Below are positions 28,122-37,123 of a stretch of 64,000 nucleotides of DNA, piece after piece. The notes under the pieces are model-generated. The model was given only the letters and a program-made list of their open reading frames with translations. It was not told the origin of the DNA and ran no database searches. The DNA is from an uncultured Acidobacteriota bacterium (GTDB taxonomy: Bacteria > Acidobacteriota > Vicinamibacteria > Fen-336). Each line of letters begins with the position of its first letter. Within the stretch, counting starts at the first letter, position 1. The stretch is taken from assembly GCA_963720545.1 (NCBI GenBank), contig OY970399.1:1696001-1760000 (forward strand), read 5' to 3'. The position numbers were made by a program, and so were the translations under genes.

Positions 28122-30086
28122 TCAGGCCCGAGGCGATGGCGTTCCCGTTGCCTTCAAGTACTTGTCGATCCAGTCGAACTCCCGTTGCATCTTGTCGCGC
28201 TGATAGCTCGGGACGCCGATGCCGTGGGGTTGATCCGGGTAGATGATGAGCTTCGTCGGCACCTTGTAGTGCTTGAGAGCCGCGTAGAACTCCTGGCTCT
28301 GCCCGATCGGGACGATCTGGTCTTTCTCCCCCTGGAAGATCAGGCACGGCGTCTTGACGTGCGGTGCCGCGGTGAGGGGTGAGCGCTCGGTCCAGCGCTC
28401 GAACTTCCCGTACGGATCTTCGTTCATCATGTCGAAGCCCGGGTTGATGATCGCCGTGCCGTAGTAGCTGATCAGGTTGGTATCGCCGGCGCCGTACGCC
28501 GCGACCTTGAACCGGTCCGTATGGCCGATGACCCACGACGTGGAATACCCACCGTAGCTCCAGCCCTTCACGGCCAGACGCTCCGGGTCCGCGATGCCGC
28601 GCGCCACGAGGCTGTCGAGGCCAGTCATCAGGTCCGCGAAGACACCGTCTTCGAGCGCCGCGGAATTGGAGCCCGCGCCGTGGGCGAAGCGCGCGCCGTA
28701 GTTCGCGGACGTCCTGAAGTTGGGAAGGAACGTGACGTATCCCGCCGCGGCGTAGACCTGCGGGTCGCTCGACCAGTTCGCGGTGTAGCTGCGGGTGTGG
28801 GCGCTCTCCGGGCCCCCGTGAATGTCGAGGACGGTGGGATAACGGCGCCCCTCCTGGTAGTCCGTCGGATAGACAATGAGCCCCTCGATCTCGATGCCGT
28901 CCGCCGACTTCCATCGCACCGTCTCCATCTTGCCCAGGGCCAGGCCCTCGAGCTCTGCGTTGAGGTGCGACACCTGCCGCATCGGCTCCTTGCCGTCGCT
29001 GCGGAGCCACAATTCGAGCGGCCGCTGCGGCGTTTCGTGGAGCAGGACCATCTGCGTGCCCGAGCGGTTCATGGCGAAGGGGCCGAAGTCTCCCTCCCCT
29101 TTGGTGAGGGGCGCCAGCTTCTCGTCGGCGCTCGAGAGCTTGAACAGACGCGTGTTGACGTGCAGGCCAGCCGCGACGATGAAGTCGGCGTCGTCCAGCC
29201 ATTCGTGCTGAGCGATGTAGCCCTCGAACTGCCGGGCAAGGATACGAACCGGCCCTCCGCTCGCGGCCACGACGTTGACGCGCGGCGGACCGACGCCAAG
29301 TGGATTGTCGTCCGAGGGAGCCAGGAAACTGACGCGAGACCCGTCCGGGCTCCAGCGGACGTCGAACTCCGCGTCCTGGTTCGTCGTGAGCCGTTGCGAC
29401 GGCCCACCCGCCAACGGCATCACGTAAAGCTCGCGCTTGAACGACTCCAGGAACCGCGGGGAAGGCTCGGCGAGGTACGCCACCGTGCGCGAGTCGGGTG
29501 AGACGACCGCCTCGACGACGTAAGGAGCCGGCTCGGTCAGCGGCTTGACGGTTCCATCGCCCGCTTGCCATCGCCAGGCGCGGCTCGAGAGCGGCTCCTC
29601 GTCCACGACGATCACCGGTTTCGTGATCGACGGCTCCGGGTCCGAATCGGCCGCGAGGAAGACGATGGCCTTCCCGTCAGGCGACCATTCGAACCCGCTG
29701 ATCGCGGCCGGGTGCTTGAAGAGCCGGCGCGGCTCGCTGCCGGTCGCCGCCAACGCGTACACGGCGGCACTTCCGTCGCGATCCGAGAGGAAGGCGAGCG
29801 TGCCGTCGGCGCTAAACCGGGCCTGCCACTCCGATCCGGCGCCAGAGACAGCCCGTCCAAAGGACCCGGCGCGCAAACCCGCGACGTAGACGTGCTTGTC
29901 GAAGCGGTCTTTCTCGCGGTTCCACTCGGTCGCCTCGAACGCCGCCCGCGAGCCGTCGGGCGACAGCTGCGGGTCGGAGGCGCGGCGCACGCCCAGCACG
30001 TCCTCGATGCGCATCGGCCGACCGCCGGCTGCCGCGCTCCCCCAAAAGAACGACCAGGCGGCGAGCACGAACAAGGTTCTCTTCAT
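28122..30086 (-). CDS. S9 family peptidase, exported
   Basis: PD40-like WSPDG repeats, HGGP, GWSYGG, D(QIVP), H(GI); GGAGG RBS; signal peptide. Confidence 0.92.
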   Translation of the reverse strand: MKRTLFVLAAWSFFWGSAAAGGRPMRIEDVLGVRRASDPQLSPDGSRAAFEATEWNREKDRFDKHVYVAGLRAGSFGRAVSGAGSEWQARFSADGTLAFLSDRDGSAAVYALAATGSEPRRLFKHPAAISGFEWSPDGKAIVFLAADSDPEPSITKPVIVVDEEPLSSRAWRWQAGDGTVKPLTEPAPYVVEAVVSPDSRTVAYLAEPSPRFLESFKRELYVMPLAGGPSQRLTTNQDAEFDVRWSPDGSRVSFLAPSDDNPLGVGPPRVNVVAASGGPVRILARQFEGYIAQHEWLDDADFIVAAGLHVNTRLFKLSSADEKLAPLTKGEGDFGPFAMNRSGTQMVLLHETPQRPLELWLRSDGKEPMRQVSHLNAELEGLALGKMETVRWKSADGIEIEGLIVYPTDYQEGRRYPTVLDIHGGPESAHTRSYTANWSSDPQVYAAAGYVTFLPNFRTSANYGARFAHGAGSNSAALEDGVFADLMTGLDSLVARGIADPERLAVKGWSYGGYSTSWVIGHTDRFKVAAYGAGDTNLISYYGTAIINPGFDMMNEDPYGKFERWTERSPLTAAPHVKTPCLIFQGEKDQIVPIGQSQEFYAALKHYKVPTKLIIYPDQPHGIGVPSYQRDKMQREFDWIDKYLKATGTPSPRA

Positions 30087-30104
30087 GTGGATCCTCCGCG
30101 TGCT

Positions 30105-30117
30105 GAACATGTGAACA
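30105..30117. promoter_or_regulatory. Operator candidate shared with the TonB/SelA-like promoter
   Basis: GAACATGTGAACA matches the 16812 and 16932 motifs. Confidence 0.6.
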
Positions 30118-30196
30118 GATTGTCACGGGAGCGCCCCGGCCGTCAACGAGGGAAACTTCTGGAAACAGCGCGTCCCCTGAGCGAGGCGACAAGACG

Positions 30197-31036
30197 ATGA
30201 CTCGACCGCGTCACGTTGATCCGGCGATCGCCGACTTTTATGAGAAGACGCCGGAGGAAGATCGGCTGGAACGAGGACCGTTTCTTCTCGAAGCGCTTCG
30301 CACGCGCGAACTGATCGAACGATATGCGCCGCCAGCACCGGCCACGGTGATGGACATCGGTGGCGGAGCTGGAGCCTATTCGCTGTGGCTGTCGGAGGCG
30401 GGCTATACCGTCCATCTGCTCGACGCAGCCCCACGTCTCATCGCCCAGGCGCAGGGCCGAAGCGAGACGAGTTCGCGACCGCTCGCGTCGTGCAGTGTCG
30501 GCGACGCCCGCGCCACGAATTTTGAGACTGGTTCGGCCGATATCGTCCTTCTCCTGGGACCGCTCTACCACCTGACGGAGGCGGCGGACCGCAATGCCGC
30601 CCTCGTGGAGGCGGCACGCATCCTCAAGCCCGCCGGACGACTGTTCGCCGCCGCCATATCGCGCTGGGCTTCAGCCCTGGACGGTCTCTCCCGAGACCTG
30701 TTCGAAGACCCCGAGTTTGCGGAGATCGTCGAGCGCGACGTACGGGACGGCCAGCACAGAAACCCCACCGAGCGCCTCGACTACTTCACCACCGCCTACT
30801 TCCACCGTCCCGAAAACCTGCGCGCAGAGGCCGACGCCGCCGGCCTGGCCGTCGATGGAATCTTTGGCCTGGAGGGCCCAGGCTGGTTGCTCGCGGACGT
30901 AAACGCGCGACTCGCGGACCCAAGACGCCGCGAAGACCTGCTGCGGATCGCTCGCACCTTCGAAGCGGAGCCTGTCGCTGCTCGGCATCAGCGCCCACCT
31001 GCTGTTAGTGGCGCACCGCACCTGACGGCTCCTTAA
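30197..31036 (+). CDS. Class I SAM-dependent methyltransferase, probable frameshift near the 3' end
   Basis: DIGGGAG, GDAR, LLLGPLYHL; a protein-like tail SLLGISAHLLLVA lies in the +1 frame from 30975. Confidence 0.85.
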   Translation: MTRPRHVDPAIADFYEKTPEEDRLERGPFLLEALRTRELIERYAPPAPATVMDIGGGAGAYSLWLSEAGYTVHLLDAAPRLIAQAQGRSETSSRPLASCSVGDARATNFETGSADIVLLLGPLYHLTEAADRNAALVEAARILKPAGRLFAAAISRWASALDGLSRDLFEDPEFAEIVERDVRDGQHRNPTERLDYFTTAYFHRPENLRAEADAAGLAVDGIFGLEGPGWLLADVNARLADPRRREDLLRIARTFEAEPVAARHQRPPAVSGAPHLTAP

Positions 31037-31620
31037 GACGAAGTCACGACGATTGCCGTACAAGGGCGCGCGCTGCCACGGCGATAGGTGTGCGCGACGC
31101 TCGAGTCGAAATAGATCGAGTCGCCGGTAGCCAGGGTGTGCTCGTCGCCCCCGATCTGCAGGCAAAGCGTACCGCCCAGCACGTAGATGAGCTCGGCGCC
31201 CGGATGCGTGTGCGGCCGCGCGGCGTCCTTCGCGGTTGCAGGGAACTCGGCAAAATAGGAGTTGAAGCGACGCTCCGGTGCGGGAAAGTCGAGCGACTCG
31301 AATCGGTACGCGGGTTGACGCTCGCCAGCGCGCTCGGGCAGCCGCACCCTCTGGGCCTTGCGCACCACTGCCGCCACCGGCTTCTCACGTGCGCCGGCGA
31401 AGAAGAACTCGAGGCCGACGCTGAAGACGAGAGCAATGCGCAGCAGTGTCGGCAATGTCGGGAACAGGCGCGAGCGCTCGATCTTCGACAGGAGCGCGGG
31501 CGAGAGGCCTGTGTGCCGGCCCAGCTCGACGAGCCCCATCTTCTTCTTCAGCCGCAGCGCGCGCACCTTCGCACCGATTCCGTAGCCACTCAGCCCGCTC
31601 GTCAAGGTTGCCGACAGCAT
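31033..31620 (-). CDS. XRE-family regulator with cupin domain
   Basis: IGAKVRALR..LSPALLSKIER..PTLPTL; HTHPGAELIYVL.G; GDSIYFDSSVAH. Confidence 0.92.
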   Translation of the reverse strand: MLSATLTSGLSGYGIGAKVRALRLKKKMGLVELGRHTGLSPALLSKIERSRLFPTLPTLLRIALVFSVGLEFFFAGAREKPVAAVVRKAQRVRLPERAGERQPAYRFESLDFPAPERRFNSYFAEFPATAKDAARPHTHPGAELIYVLGGTLCLQIGGDEHTLATGDSIYFDSSVAHTYRRGSARPCTAIVVTSS

Positions 31621-31706
31621 CGCGACTCTCCGGTTTCTTTCCTGACACTCAAGTTTCGCGATGACTTTGTCGTGCTGTTCACACGACTTGTCGTCGCCGA
31701 CACCGT

Positions 31707-31721
31707 TTGACTGATAGTCAA
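31707..31721. promoter_or_regulatory. Palindromic operator candidate
   Basis: TTGACT-GAT-AGTCAA between the divergent XRE-cupin and fasciclin genes. Confidence 0.5.
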
Positions 31722-31788
31722 TTTGAAGTGCACTAAGGTCAAGAGCATAACGAACGGATGTGCCGTTCGCCATGCAGGAGACAACCAA

Positions 31789-32283
31789 ATGTTGAGACAT
31801 CTCGCAACCGGTGCTGTGGCTTTGATGCTCGCCGCATCGACCCAGGTGCAAACCGCCGCCGCCGCTGACAAGGACATCGTCGATACGGCGGTCGCGGCCG
31901 GCTCGTTCAATACGCTCGCCAAGGCGCTGACCGCCGCCGGCCTCGTGGACACCCTCAAGGGTCCCGGTCCATTCACCGTCTTCGCACCCACGGACGAGGC
32001 GTTCGCGAAGCTGCCCGCGGGCACGCTCGACTCACTGCTGAAGCCGGAGAACAAGGCCAAGCTGCAAGAGATCCTGACCTACCACGTGGTGGCAGGAAAG
32101 GTGATGGCGGCAGACGTGATGAAGATGAGCTCGGCCAAGACCGTCAGCGGCGACACGCTGGCCATTTCCTCCGCCGGCGGTGCGGTCATGGTTGGCAACG
32201 CGCGCGTCGTCAAGGCCGATATCGCCGCTAGCAACGGCGTCATTCATGTCATCGACACCGTGCTGCTGCCGAGGGACAGATAA
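31789..32283 (+). CDS. Fasciclin (FAS1) domain protein, exported
   Basis: [37 protein letters not shown]; signal peptide. Confidence 0.95.
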   Translation: MLRHLATGAVALMLAASTQVQTAAAADKDIVDTAVAAGSFNTLAKALTAAGLVDTLKGPGPFTVFAPTDEAFAKLPAGTLDSLLKPENKAKLQEILTYHVVAGKVMAADVMKMSSAKTVSGDTLAISSAGGAVMVGNARVVKADIAASNGVIHVIDTVLLPRDR

Positions 32284-32292
32284 CAAGCGGCC

Positions 32293-33678
32293 GTGGCAGC
32301 AAGCATTCTCCTCACCGGCGCAACCGGATACGTGGGCGGCCGCCTTCTTCGCAGCCTGGAGGAAGGCGGCCATCGCGTTCGCTGCCTGGCGCGTGAGCCG
32401 CGCGAGCTTGGAGCGCATGCACCGACGACCGAGGTGATGCGCGGCGACTGTCTCGACACCACCTCGCTCGACCGCGCGCTCGCCTCCGTGCACACCGCCT
32501 ATTACCTGGTGCACTCGATGGCCGGTGACGCGGAGTTCGCCGCGGTCGACCGTACCGCCGCGCTCAACTTCGGCCGCGCTGCAGCAGCCGCAGGCGTGCG
32601 CCGCATCGTCTATCTTGGCGGCCTCACCAGTTCAGGCCGCGCAGCCTCGGAGCATCTCAAGAGCCGGGCCGAGACTGGCGAACACTTGCGTGCGGGCGGC
32701 GTGCCGGTGGTCGAGTTTCGCGCGGCGATCGTCATCGGGGCCGGCAGCTTGTCCTACGAAATGCTCGCGGCGCTCGTCGAGCGCTTGCCCGTCATGGTGT
32801 GCCCTCGCTGGGTGGCGACCCTGACCCAGCCGATCGCGATTGCCGACGTCGTGGCGTACCTGATGGCGGCGCTGGACCTGCCCGATGGCAAGGACCGCGT
32901 CTTTGAGATCGGCGGTCCGGACCAGGTTTCGTACGGCGACATGCTGCGCCTGTATGCGCGCCTGCGTGGGCTGCGCCGCCTGCTGCTGCCGGTGCCGTTC
33001 CTGACGCCGCGCCTCTCCGGGCTGTGGCTCGCTCTGGTAGCGCCGGCGCAGGCACGGGTGGGACGGGCCCTCGTCGAGGGCCTGAGAAGTCCGACGGTGG
33101 TCCGCTCCAGTGCCGCGCACGACACGTTCGCAATCACACCGATGCCGCTCATCAACGCAATGATGGCTGCCATCGCCGAAGGCACGCGCGCGCGTGTGCT
33201 CACCGACACGCGCACCATCACGGTCGACGTGACGCCGGCCCGGGCGTTTGCACCGATCCGGCGCATCGGTGGCGCAGCCGGCTGGTACTTCCTGAACATG
33301 CTCTGGGGCGTGCGCGGCAAGCTCGACGGCTGGCTTGGCGGCGTCGGCCTGGGACGCGGGCGACGCGACCCGGACGCGTGCACGGTGGGCGACGCGATCG
33401 ACGGCTGGACAGTCGAGGCCTACGAGCCGGACACCCTGTTGCGGCTTTCTTCCGACTGGCGTCTGCCCGGCCGCGCGTGGCTCGAGTTCCAGGTTACGGC
33501 GTTGAGCGGCGGCCGGCGGTCGTTCGTCCGCCAGACCGCGACCTTCGATCCGCGCGGCCTGGTCGGCCGCGCCTATTGGTATGCACTCGTACCCGTCCAC
33601 AGTCTGCTGTTCCACGGCATGTTGCAGAGGATCGGCAAGCGCGCCACCACGGACGTGACAGCCTTCATGACCCGATGA
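32293..33678 (+). CDS. NAD(P)-binding SDR with DUF2867-like C-terminus (YbjT-like)
   Basis: TGATGYVG, YYLVHSM, HLKSR, LPGRAWLEF, G..G.AYWY...PVH. Confidence 0.88.
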   Translation: MAASILLTGATGYVGGRLLRSLEEGGHRVRCLAREPRELGAHAPTTEVMRGDCLDTTSLDRALASVHTAYYLVHSMAGDAEFAAVDRTAALNFGRAAAAAGVRRIVYLGGLTSSGRAASEHLKSRAETGEHLRAGGVPVVEFRAAIVIGAGSLSYEMLAALVERLPVMVCPRWVATLTQPIAIADVVAYLMAALDLPDGKDRVFEIGGPDQVSYGDMLRLYARLRGLRRLLLPVPFLTPRLSGLWLALVAPAQARVGRALVEGLRSPTVVRSSAAHDTFAITPMPLINAMMAAIAEGTRARVLTDTRTITVDVTPARAFAPIRRIGGAAGWYFLNMLWGVRGKLDGWLGGVGLGRGRRDPDACTVGDAIDGWTVEAYEPDTLLRLSSDWRLPGRAWLEFQVTALSGGRRSFVRQTATFDPRGLVGRAYWYALVPVHSLLFHGMLQRIGKRATTDVTAFMTR

Positions 33679-33747
33679 CAGCGGCGCGGCCCACGCGCCG
33701 GTGCACGGGGCACGGCGAAGTGGAGGCGCGCCACCGGGCGCCGTTGG

Positions 33748-36168
33748 TCAATACGCCCTCAATGTCTCAGCCGGATCGATGCGCGCGGCACGTCGTGCCG
33801 GGAGGTACGTCGCACACGCGGCCGTCAGTGCGAGTACCAACACCGCGCCCGCGAGCGTCGCCGCGTCGGTCGGCGTCACTCCAAACAGCAAAGCCGCGAC
33901 CCATCTCCCTCCGGCGAGTGCGCCGGTCAGTCCTGCGGTTACGCCAACCAGGATCAGGACCGCGCCTTCGCGAGCGAACAACCACACGACATCCGAGGGC
34001 GAGGCTCCGACCGCAAGCCGCAGACCGATCTCTCGTGTCCGCTGGCCGACCAGCGAAGCAAGCACGCCATAGACTCCAACAGCCGCCATGGCGACTGCGA
34101 TCGCGCCGAACACCAGGAAAGTCAGGAGGGTAAATTGGCGGCCGGCGATGGAGGCGTCGACGAGCTCCGTCAGGCGCTTGACGTTCGCGAGAGGCAGCAG
34201 CGGATCGAGCGCCGCGACCTCACGGCGCAAAGCAGGAACCAGCGTGGCGGCATCTCCGCCGGTTCGCACGGCCACCGTGAAGGCATCCACCGGATGCTGG
34301 TCGAAAGGGAGATAGATTTCCGCAGGCGTTTCCTCATCCAGGCCGCCGTATTTCACGTTGCCGACAACTCCGACGATTGTTTTCGGTACGTTGCGCGCCT
34401 GGCGCGCGAGGTCCGCGCTCACCCAGATCCGTTCTCCGATCGGATTCAGTCCGGCAAAGAATCGCCGCGCCGCTTGCTCATTGATGACGGCGACTTCGAG
34501 GCCCGCAACCGTGTCAGCGCCCGTGAAGAAGCGCCCACTGCGCAGCGGGATCCGCATCGTCTTGAAGTAGTTGGCGGTGATGATCCGCAACGACGCTGAC
34601 GGCATCGAGGCCGAGTCCGGCTCGGGCACCCCATCGCGCCGAAAGCCCGTCACGACATCGAGATCGCTCGTGAACGGCAAGCCCATCGCCACCGTCGCCG
34701 AATCCACTCCTGGTTCGCTCTGGACCTGCGACAGAAGCGCCGACACGAACGCCTTCAGGTCGACCGGGTCGGAATACTTGGCGGCGGGTAGCGACAGGCT
34801 GAATGTCACGACGCCGCCAGGATCGAATCCGGGGGCGACACGCTGGAGCTGGACGTAACTGCGAATGAGAAGGCCGGAGCCCGCCAGGAGCATGACCGCC
34901 AAGGCCAACTCGGAAATCACCAGGAGGCGTCGCGGGCTGGCATTGCTTGCGCCGACGACGCCGCGGCTCAGCGCAAGACCGTCGCCGCTGGAACGCCCGG
35001 ACGCCGCAATGGCCGGTGTCAAGCCGAAGACGAGGCTCGTCACGATTGCAGCCCCCGCCGCAAACGCCAGGACATGCGCATCGACGGCAACCTCTGACAG
35101 TCGCGGAATCGATGACGGCCCCAGGATCACGAGCGCCCGCACAGACAGGAAGGCCAGACTCGCGCCCGCGACCGTCCCCATCGCCCCGAGGATGAGGCTC
35201 TCGATGAGAAGCTGCCTGATCAGCCGTGAACGACCCGCGCCAAGCGCGGCGCGAACGGCCATTTCGCGGGCGCGTCCCTGGTTGCGGGTGAGCAGGAGGT
35301 TCGCGACGTTGGCACAGGCAATTAGCATGACGAGCGTAGCCGCACCGAGCAGCGCCATCAGGGTCGGTCCGCTATCCCGAGCAACGCGCTCCTGCAAGGA
35401 AATGACCATCGGCGTCGCGTCATTCTCGGTGTCTGGAAATACCTGCGCGAGGCGCCTCGAAACAGTCTCGAGAGCCGTGGTCGCCTGCCGCACCGACACG
35501 CCTTCGTTCAAGCGGGCCAGTACCTGGACCCATTGCTTACCTCGCGCCTCAGCCGCGAAATCCTTCGGGGCGAACATCAGCGGTTGCCAGAACTCGGCTG
35601 TCGCCGGAAAGTCGACATCGGGCGAGGCGACGCCGACGATCGTCGTGGCGTGGCCGTCGACGCTCGTCGTGGTGCCAATGATCTCGGGACGGGCACCAAA
35701 TCGTCGCTGCCAGAGTCCATAGCTGAGAACCATTCGATTGCCGTCGCCCTGATTGTCGGCCTCGGTGAAGGCACGGCCGCGCGCCATCGATGCGCCCAGG
35801 ACGGTGAAGTAATTGCTGGAGACTCGCGCGCCCGACACCCGTTCGGGGTCGCCGAAGCCCGTCATGTTCGCGGTGATCGGCTCGAGCGCGGCCGCACCGG
35901 CGAAGACGTCGCTTTGCGCAACATAGTCGCGAAGGTTCGAGGGCGACAGCCAGGGCGACACCTGGCCTCGATGTCCGTAAAACAGCGTGACCAATCGAGC
36001 GGGGTCGCGATACGGCAACGGCCGCAGCAACACGCCGTAAACGAGCGCGAATGCGGCCGTTGTCACGCCGATCCCAAGCGCCAGGGTCAGGATGGCGACG
36101 CCGCTGAACGCGGGTTGACTTCGGAGCAGGCGGCAGGCGTAGCGAAAATCGTGAAGCCAAGGAATCAT
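33748..36168 (-). CDS. Duplicated orphan ABC permease (ADOP/MacB-like)
   Basis: D.RY..R.L, LIACANVANLLL, RE.AVR.ALGA, RTREIG.R.A.GA, PARRAA.IDP. Confidence 0.92.
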   Translation of the reverse strand: MIPWLHDFRYACRLLRSQPAFSGVAILTLALGIGVTTAAFALVYGVLLRPLPYRDPARLVTLFYGHRGQVSPWLSPSNLRDYVAQSDVFAGAAALEPITANMTGFGDPERVSGARVSSNYFTVLGASMARGRAFTEADNQGDGNRMVLSYGLWQRRFGARPEIIGTTTSVDGHATTIVGVASPDVDFPATAEFWQPLMFAPKDFAAEARGKQWVQVLARLNEGVSVRQATTALETVSRRLAQVFPDTENDATPMVISLQERVARDSGPTLMALLGAATLVMLIACANVANLLLTRNQGRAREMAVRAALGAGRSRLIRQLLIESLILGAMGTVAGASLAFLSVRALVILGPSSIPRLSEVAVDAHVLAFAAGAAIVTSLVFGLTPAIAASGRSSGDGLALSRGVVGASNASPRRLLVISELALAVMLLAGSGLLIRSYVQLQRVAPGFDPGGVVTFSLSLPAAKYSDPVDLKAFVSALLSQVQSEPGVDSATVAMGLPFTSDLDVVTGFRRDGVPEPDSASMPSASLRIITANYFKTMRIPLRSGRFFTGADTVAGLEVAVINEQAARRFFAGLNPIGERIWVSADLARQARNVPKTIVGVVGNVKYGGLDEETPAEIYLPFDQHPVDAFTVAVRTGGDAATLVPALRREVAALDPLLPLANVKRLTELVDASIAGRQFTLLTFLVFGAIAVAMAAVGVYGVLASLVGQRTREIGLRLAVGASPSDVVWLFAREGAVLILVGVTAGLTGALAGGRWVAALLFGVTPTDAATLAGAVLVLALTAACATYLPARRAARIDPAETLRAY

Positions 36169-36208
36169 CGGCACCCTCGCTATGTGTCGTCTAAAACCGC
36201 GCAGTCAT

Positions 36209-36233
36209 TAGACGTCAGGGCCCGCAAAGGGTT
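36209..36233 (-). promoter_or_regulatory. ECF (SigW-like) promoter
   Basis: Minus strand AAC-N16-CGTCTA upstream of the permease. Confidence 0.55.
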
Positions 36234-36312
36234 GGAACCGAGCTTGACCTTCGCCAACTTCGCCAGCAGCGGTTGCTCAAACGTTCGTCCCGGCGAAGAC
36301 GTCACAAACGGC

Positions 36313-37040
36313 GTGAGGCGACTTGTTCCGACTTTTCTATTTTGCTTCGCTGCGACCGCAGTACAGGGCGCCACGTGCCCATCGACACCAGCGCAATCGT
36401 CCGTTGCTGAACTGACCATACGCAGCAAAGTCTTTGGCAACACGAGGAAACTACGCATCCTCACGCCACCAGGCTACGACGACCCCAAGCGTCGAACCGT
36501 ACGTTATCCCGTGTTCTATTTCCTTGACGGCATAGCGGCCTTTGACGCGTGGGGGTTGCCGGAGACCGCGGCGGAGTTGTGGGCCACGCGCGCCATCCCG
36601 CCAATGCTATTTGTAGGGATCGTAATGCCCACTACCGCACCAACACAGACCCCGCTACGACCGGGCTGGCCGGTGACTCCTTCGCCGGCGCCGCCGCCTT
36701 GTACATAGCGATGAAGTACCCGGACCGCATTGGTGTGCTTTTGGTGGAAAGCCCTTCTCTGCACATTGGCAACGGGCGCTTGTTGTTGGAAGCAGCGAAC
36801 GCCAAATCGTGGCCGCGTGTGGTGTATCTCGGGGTTGGCACTGAGGAGGGCGACACGCGCGCGACCCAAGCCGAAATGCTGGCAAATGTGAGGAAACTCT
36901 GGTCTTCTCTCCGCGAGCGCCAGCCGAAGACTCGGGTCCACCTCGAGATCACGGCCGGAGGTGTTCACAGCTACGACGCATGGCACGAGCGACTCCCCGG
37001 CGCGCTGCGTTGGCTGCTGACATCCACCCGTCGCCGTTGA
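36313..37040 (+). pseudogene. Exported esterase (alpha/beta hydrolase) split by a frameshift or deletion
   Basis: Frame A: signal, PPGY, YPVFYFLDG, MLFVGI. Frame B from about 36622: GDSFAG, GVGT.E, H...AW..RLP. Confidence 0.7.
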
Positions 37041-37123
37041 CGGCCGCCGGCTTCGACACCGACAATCACTCTCTTCTGGTGGAGATCAGCGGCGATAGGC
37101 GGCGACCGAGCCGTGCGAGTGAA

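Noticed and set aside
10815..30117. Lasso peptide/RiPP cluster (TonB + GntR + S9 isopeptidase + MslH-like gene)
   Set aside because: No lasso cyclase, leader peptidase, RRE or precursor seen
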